From contig NZ_CP046226.1 of assembly GCF_012562765.1 (NCBI RefSeq), forward strand, positions 270,001 through 302,000: DNA of 32,000 nucleotides, in the 5' to 3' direction. Positions within the stretch are counted from its first letter, which is position 1; each line of letters starts with the position of its first letter. A program made the translations under genes and the position numbers. Origin of the DNA: Candidatus Saccharimonadota bacterium. GTDB taxonomy: Bacteria > Pseudomonadota > Gammaproteobacteria > Enterobacterales > Enterobacteriaceae. Below the pieces are notes generated by a model. It searched no databases. It was not told where the DNA came from and was given only the letters and a program-made list of their open reading frames with translations. Below, in pieces: positions 27,872-32,000 of this stretch.

Positions 27872-28828
27872 ATGAAAATTATTTTTATGGGTACATCTAA
27901 TTTTGCTGTATTTCATTTAAAAGAACTATTAAATTATTATCAAATAGTATGTGTTATTACTAAACCAGATAGTTATTCTAATAGAGGACATAAATTAACT
28001 TTTAATCCTATTAAAAAATTTATTTCAAAATATAAAATTAATATTTTACAACCATCATCTTTAAATACTAAAGAAATTTTTAATAAAATATTAAAATATC
28101 ATTGTGATATAATTATTGTAGTAGATTACGGATTATTAATACCTTCTAATATTTTAAAAATACCAAAATTAGGATGTATTAATGTACATGCATCATTATT
28201 ACCTAGATGGAGAGGTGCTGCTCCAATACAAAGAGCATTATATGAAAATGATTCTAAAACTGGTATTAGTATTATTAAAATGAATAATTTTTTAGATAAA
28301 GGAGATATCATATATCAAAAAAAATGTGATATTCATTCAAATGATACATATGGTACTTTATATAACAAATTATCTATTTTAGGTATAAAAAGTCTTTTAT
28401 ATGTTTTAAATATGTTTTTTTATAAAAAAAATATAAAATTAAAACCTCAAAATAAATATAATATTCAAGCAACATATGCTAACAAAATTTTAAAGAAAGA
28501 AAGTAAAATAAATTGGTTTTTGCCTGCTAAAAAAATTGAATGTATAATTCGTGCATTTAATCCTTATCCGGGAACATATTTTTTTTTAAATAATGAAAGA
28601 TTTAAAATATGGAATGCAGAAGTAACAAATAACTATATTAATAAAAATACAATTATTCCAGGTGAAATATTATTTATTGATAACGATAGTATTAGTATCA
28701 ATACTATAAATAATATTTTAAAAATTAAAATAATTCAACCAAGTGGTAGAGTTCCAATGAATATTAAAGATTTTTTAAATAATAGAAAATACATTAAACT
28801 TTTTTCTATAGGTAAAATTTTAAAATAA
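27872..28828 (+). CDS. fmt: Methionyl-tRNA formyltransferase
   Basis: 318-aa ORF with IIFMGTSNFA, NVHASLLPRWRGAAPIQRA and NPYPG segments. It follows def, as in E. coli. Confidence 0.92.
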   Translation: MKIIFMGTSNFAVFHLKELLNYYQIVCVITKPDSYSNRGHKLTFNPIKKFISKYKINILQPSSLNTKEIFNKILKYHCDIIIVVDYGLLIPSNILKIPKLGCINVHASLLPRWRGAAPIQRALYENDSKTGISIIKMNNFLDKGDIIYQKKCDIHSNDTYGTLYNKLSILGIKSLLYVLNMFFYKKNIKLKPQNKYNIQATYANKILKKESKINWFLPAKKIECIIRAFNPYPGTYFFLNNERFKIWNAEVTNNYINKNTIIPGEILFIDNDSISINTINNILKIKIIQPSGRVPMNIKDFLNNRKYIKLFSIGKILK

Positions 28829-28837
28829 TTTAAATAG

Positions 28838-29215
28838 TTATTTTTTATCATTAGTAATTTTTCTTTCCATTAATTCTATATATGACATAGGAGCTTTATC
28901 ACCATTACGAAATCCACATTTTATTATACGTGTATATCCTCCTAATCTGTTTTTAAATCTTGGTGCTATAAATTTAAATAATTTTATTAAATTATTTTTA
29001 TTATTTATACGTGAACGAATTAATCTTTTATTAGATATATTATTATTTTTTGCTATTGTTATTAATGGTTCTATTATTCTTCTTAATTCTTTTGCCTTTA
29101 TAGTTGTAGTTTTAATAATTTCATATTGTATTAAAGAATTAGCCATATTTTGTAACATAGATTTACGATGACTACTAGTTCTGTTTAAATGACGACCTAT
29201 TTTACGATGACGCAT
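28838..29215 (-). CDS. rplQ: 50S ribosomal protein L17
   Basis: 125-aa ORF beginning [37 protein letters not shown], very close to E. coli L17. It is the last gene of the alpha operon. Confidence 0.95.
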   Translation of the reverse strand: MRHRKIGRHLNRTSSHRKSMLQNMANSLIQYEIIKTTTIKAKELRRIIEPLITIAKNNNISNKRLIRSRINNKNNLIKLFKFIAPRFKNRLGGYTRIIKCGFRNGDKAPMSYIELMERKITNDKK

Positions 29216-29260
29216 ATAATATTACCTTTAATATAAAAAAATTAAAATATAAAAAAATTA

Positions 29261-30253
29261 TTATTTATCAATTATAATTGGTGGCCAATTTTTTAAACGC
29301 ATACCTAATGATAAACCTCTAGAAGCTAAAACATCTTTAATTTCTGTTAAAGATTTTTTACCTAAATTAGGAGTTTTAAGTAATTCAACTTCAGTACGTT
29401 GTACTAAATCACCTATAAATTGTATAGATTCTGTTTTTAAACAATTAGCAGATCTTACAGTTAATTCTAAATCGTCTACAGGACGTAATAAAATAGGATC
29501 AAATTCCGGTTTTTCTTCTTTAACTTCTTGTTGATGTATATCACGTAAATATACAAAAGCTTCTAATTGTTCTGAAAGAATTGTAGCTGCTTTTCTTATT
29601 GCTTCTTCTGGATCTATAGTTCCATTAGTTTCCATTTCTATTATTAATTTATCTAAATCTGTTCTTTGCTCTACTCTTGCAGCTTTAACATTATACATAA
29701 TTCTTTCAATAGGACTATAACATGCATCAACTAATAATCTTCCTATTGGACGATTATCATATTCTTCACAATGAATTTTAGTATGTGCAGCAACATATCC
29801 TCTACCTAATTCAATTTTAATTTTCATATTTATTGAAACATTTTGATCTGTTAAATTACAAATTATATGTTCTGGGTTTATAAGTTCAATATCATTTCCA
29901 TAATTTAAATCAGCTGCTATAACAGGACCTATTCCTGATTTATTTAAAGTTAAAATAACTTCTTTTTTATCACTTTTAACTTTAATAGCTAATTTTTTTA
30001 AATTTAATAAAATTTCAATAATATCTTCTTGAACTCCTTCTTTAGTACTATATTCATGTAATATTCCTTCAATTTCTACTTCAGTAACAGCATATCCTGG
30101 CATAGAAGATAATAAAATACGCCTTAATGCATTTCCAAGCGTATGTCCAAAACCTCTTTCTAAAGGTTCAAGAGTAACACTAATAGTAGTTTTATTAATT
30201 TTTTTAATATCAACTAAACGAGGTTTTAAAAATTCAGTTACAGAATTATGCAT
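29261..30253 (-). CDS. rpoA: DNA-directed RNA polymerase subunit alpha
   Basis: 330-aa ORF containing [41 protein letters not shown], nearly identical to E. coli RpoA. The C-terminal domain is [51 protein letters not shown]. Confidence 0.97.
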   Translation of the reverse strand: MHNSVTEFLKPRLVDIKKINKTTISVTLEPLERGFGHTLGNALRRILLSSMPGYAVTEVEIEGILHEYSTKEGVQEDIIEILLNLKKLAIKVKSDKKEVILTLNKSGIGPVIAADLNYGNDIELINPEHIICNLTDQNVSINMKIKIELGRGYVAAHTKIHCEEYDNRPIGRLLVDACYSPIERIMYNVKAARVEQRTDLDKLIIEMETNGTIDPEEAIRKAATILSEQLEAFVYLRDIHQQEVKEEKPEFDPILLRPVDDLELTVRSANCLKTESIQFIGDLVQRTEVELLKTPNLGKKSLTEIKDVLASRGLSLGMRLKNWPPIIIDK

Positions 30254-30276
30254 TTATAATCTCTCAATTTATAAAA

Positions 30277-30897
30277 TTATTTTGAATATAATTCAATTAT
30301 TAAATGTTCATTAATATCTGATGATAAATCAGAACGTTCTGGAACATATTTAAATATTCCTTCCATCTTATTGATATCAACTTCTAACCAATTTGATTTT
30401 TCACGCTGATTAAAAAGTTCTATAGCAGCTTTAATTCTTGTTTGTTTTTTTGATTTTTCACATATTGATATTTTATCATTAATACTTAATTGATAAGAAG
30501 GTATATTAACAATATGATTATTAATTTTTATAGATTTATGAGATATAAGTTGTCTTGCTTCTGATCTAGTAACACTAAACCCCATTCTATATAAAATATT
30601 ATCAAATCTTTTTTCTAATAAACATAATAAATTAAATCCTGTATTTCCTTTTAATCTTAATGCTTTTTTATAATAGCTACGAAATTGTTTTTCTAATATA
30701 CCATATATACGACGAACTTTTTGTTTTTCTCTTAATTGTATACCATAATCGGACAATCTAGATTTTTTCATACCATGTTGTCCAGGTGTTTGTTCTATTT
30801 TACATTTTGTATCAATATTACGAATATTAGATTTTAAAAATAAATCTGTGCCTTCTCTTCTACTTAATTTTAATTTAGGTCCTAAATATTTAGCCAT
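30277..30897 (-). CDS. rpsD: 30S ribosomal protein S4
   Basis: The track ORF extends to 31005. The ATG at 30895-30897 gives [23 protein letters not shown], matching the E. coli S4 N-terminus and a length of 206 aa. AAAGAGA lies about 8 nt upstream. The 36-codon upstream extension overlaps rpsK and is spurious. Confidence 0.95.
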   Translation of the reverse strand: MAKYLGPKLKLSRREGTDLFLKSNIRNIDTKCKIEQTPGQHGMKKSRLSDYGIQLREKQKVRRIYGILEKQFRSYYKKALRLKGNTGFNLLCLLEKRFDNILYRMGFSVTRSEARQLISHKSIKINNHIVNIPSYQLSINDKISICEKSKKQTRIKAAIELFNQREKSNWLEVDINKMEGIFKYVPERSDLSSDINEHLIIELYSK

Positions 30898-30919
30898 TTT
30901 ATTCTCTTTAATATAATTA

Positions 30920-31312
30920 TTATACTCTTCTTCTTTTTGGAGGACGACAACCATTATGAGGAATTGGTGTAATATCAGTAATATTTGTAATACGAAAACC
31001 AGCATTATTTAATGCTCTAATTGTTGATTCTCTTCCTGGACCTGGTCCTTTTACCATAACTTCAAGATTTTTTATACCATAATCTTTTACAAACTCAGCA
31101 CAACGTTCTGCTGCTACTTGTGCAGCAAATGGAGTTGATTTACGAGAACCTCTAAATCCAGATCCTCCTGCTGTAGCACATCCTAATGAATTTCCTTGTC
31201 TATCTGTAATAGTAACAATAGTATTATTAAAAGAAGCATGTATATGAGCAATACCATCTATTATTTGTTTTTTAATATTTTTTTTTAATTTAGAGACTTG
31301 TTTTTTTTTCAT
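30920..31312 (-). CDS. rpsK: 30S ribosomal protein S11
   Basis: 130-aa ORF containing [60 protein letters not shown], nearly identical to E. coli S11. Confidence 0.96.
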   Translation of the reverse strand: MKKKQVSKLKKNIKKQIIDGIAHIHASFNNTIVTITDRQGNSLGCATAGGSGFRGSRKSTPFAAQVAAERCAEFVKDYGIKNLEVMVKGPGPGRESTIRALNNAGFRITNITDITPIPHNGCRPPKRRRV

Positions 31313-31330
31313 TTTAATATCTCAATAAAA

Positions 31331-31690
31331 TTATTTTTTTTTAAAAAATTTACGAAATTTTTTTCTAGTATGTGCGTTTGTTTTAGTACGTTGACCCCTT
31401 ACTGGTAAACCTTTACGATGTCTTAGTCCACGATAACATCCTAAATCAATTAATCTCTTAATATTTAAATTAATTTCTCTTCTTAAATCACCCTCTACTG
31501 TAAATTTAGATACTTCTTCTCGTAATAAATCTATTTGTTTATCTGTTAATAAACTTATTTTAGTATACTGACTAATATTTATAATTTTACAAATATGTAT
31601 AGAATGAGAATTTCCAATTCCATAAATATATTGTAATGCAACCCTAATATGTTTATTATTAGGAATATTAACTCCGGCTATACGAGCCAC
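31331..31690 (-). CDS. rpsM: 30S ribosomal protein S13
   Basis: 119-aa ORF beginning (M)ARIAGVNIP, and ending [23 protein letters not shown]. The start codon is GTG (31688-31690), preceded by AAGGAG. Confidence 0.95.
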   Translation of the reverse strand: MARIAGVNIPNNKHIRVALQYIYGIGNSHSIHICKIINISQYTKISLLTDKQIDLLREEVSKFTVEGDLRREINLNIKRLIDLGCYRGLRHRKGLPVRGQRTKTNAHTRKKFRKFFKKK

Positions 31691-31811
31691 ATTTACTCCT
31701 TTATTATAAAATAATAATTTTATTAAAAATAAAAATAATTTATTTAATAATTAATATTAATAAATATATAAGTTAAATTTAATAAAAAAATAAAATTAAT
31801 GATTATTAAAT

Positions 31812-31928
31812 TTAACCTTGACGTTGTTTATGTTTAGGATCTTTTTTACAAAAAACACGAACTACCCTATTACGACGAATAATCTTACAATCACGACATA
31901 ATTTTTTAACAGAAGTACGTACTTTCAT
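31812..31928 (-). CDS. rpmJ: 50S ribosomal protein L36
   Basis: This gene is not in the ORF track because it is too short. The reverse complement of 31812-31928 translates to [38 protein letters not shown] followed by a stop. That is the zinc-ribbon L36 sequence, in the expected position upstream of rpsM. AAGAGGA lies upstream of the ATG. Confidence 0.93.
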   Translation of the reverse strand: MKVRTSVKKLCRDCKIIRRNRVVRVFCKKDPKHKQRQG

Positions 31929-32000
31929 AATATAATACACATCCTCTTTATAAAAATAAATTTTTTATTTAAAATTTTATTTTTATATTTATGATTTTAA

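Noticed and set aside
28126-28311. 61-aa minus-strand ORF inside fmt
   Set aside because: It is antisense to the conserved fmt catalytic region. This is a shadow ORF.
30898-31005. 36-codon N-terminal extension of the rpsD ORF overlapping the rpsK 3' end
   Set aside because: The extension ([36 protein letters not shown]) has no counterpart in S4. The internal ATG at 30897 gives the canonical [16 protein letters not shown] start, the correct 206-aa length and an SD.
31691-31811. Search for the S4-binding pseudoknot of the alpha-operon leader upstream of rpsM
   Set aside because: The 121-nt leader has only a handful of G/C and no convincing nested pairing. I cannot show either presence or loss without a comparative or covariance analysis.
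31929-32000. Possible 3' end of secY upstream of rpmJ, expected from E. coli synteny
   Set aside because: Only about 70 nt are available, and stops occur in all three minus-strand frames within the first 32 nt from the edge. No diagnostic residues can be read, so I cannot support a feature.
1-32000. Window-wide look for CRISPR repeats, transposase/integrase genes, prophage or plasmid genes, toxin-antitoxin pairs, restriction-modification or other defence systems, compositional islands, and orphan ORFs
   Set aside because: None was found. Every ORF of 100 aa or more is a recognisable housekeeping orthologue. The only G/C-enriched islands are the tRNAs and the most conserved coding segments, and the spacers are short and A/T-saturated.

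Overview
This 32-kb window is a gene-dense stretch of an extremely A+T-rich, reduced gammaproteobacterial genome. The proteins are collinear with Escherichia coli orthologues, and gene order follows E. coli synteny blocks with genes excised. That pattern indicates an Enterobacterales-derived obligate insect endosymbiont (Buchnera/Wigglesworthia/Blochmannia-like); the taxon cannot be fixed from this sequence alone.

I call 34 protein-coding loci and a three-gene tRNA operon. One locus is cut by the left edge, one is frameshifted, and one is a 38-aa gene absent from the ORF track. The order is: bamA(partial)-rseP-uppS-dxr-frr-pyrH-tsf-rpsB / map / rpoD-dnaG-rpsU / tsaD-uppP / cca / hldE-ribB / tRNA Pro-His-Arg / rho-trxA-cyaA / dksA / yadH-yadG-sodA-aroE-tsaC / def-fmt / rplQ-rpoA-rpsD-rpsK-rpsM-rpmJ.

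All of this is core housekeeping: translation, transcription, replication, isoprenoid and envelope functions, and tRNA modification. I see no CRISPR array, transposase or integrase, prophage, toxin-antitoxin or recognisable defence gene, and no unexplained multi-gene cluster. I therefore do not think this window holds a novel accessory system.

The points worth a second look are reductive-evolution oddities:
- dnaG is split by a frameshift inside an A11 tract, and one extra A restores it.
- cyaA (class I adenylate cyclase) is cut down to its catalytic domain.
- hldE retains only its heptose-kinase domain.
- ribB lacks room for its FMN riboswitch.
- The argX-type tRNA operon has lost leuT, and two of its three genes lack an encoded CCA end, while cca is kept 2 kb away.
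- There are clean deletion scars where cdsA and the ECA (wec) cluster sit in E. coli.
- Convergent genes share a TTAA double stop.
- A few strong inverted repeats look like terminators.
- Thioredoxin has a CNPC active site instead of CGPC.

All homology statements come from reading the translations against remembered family sequences and motifs. No database search was run.
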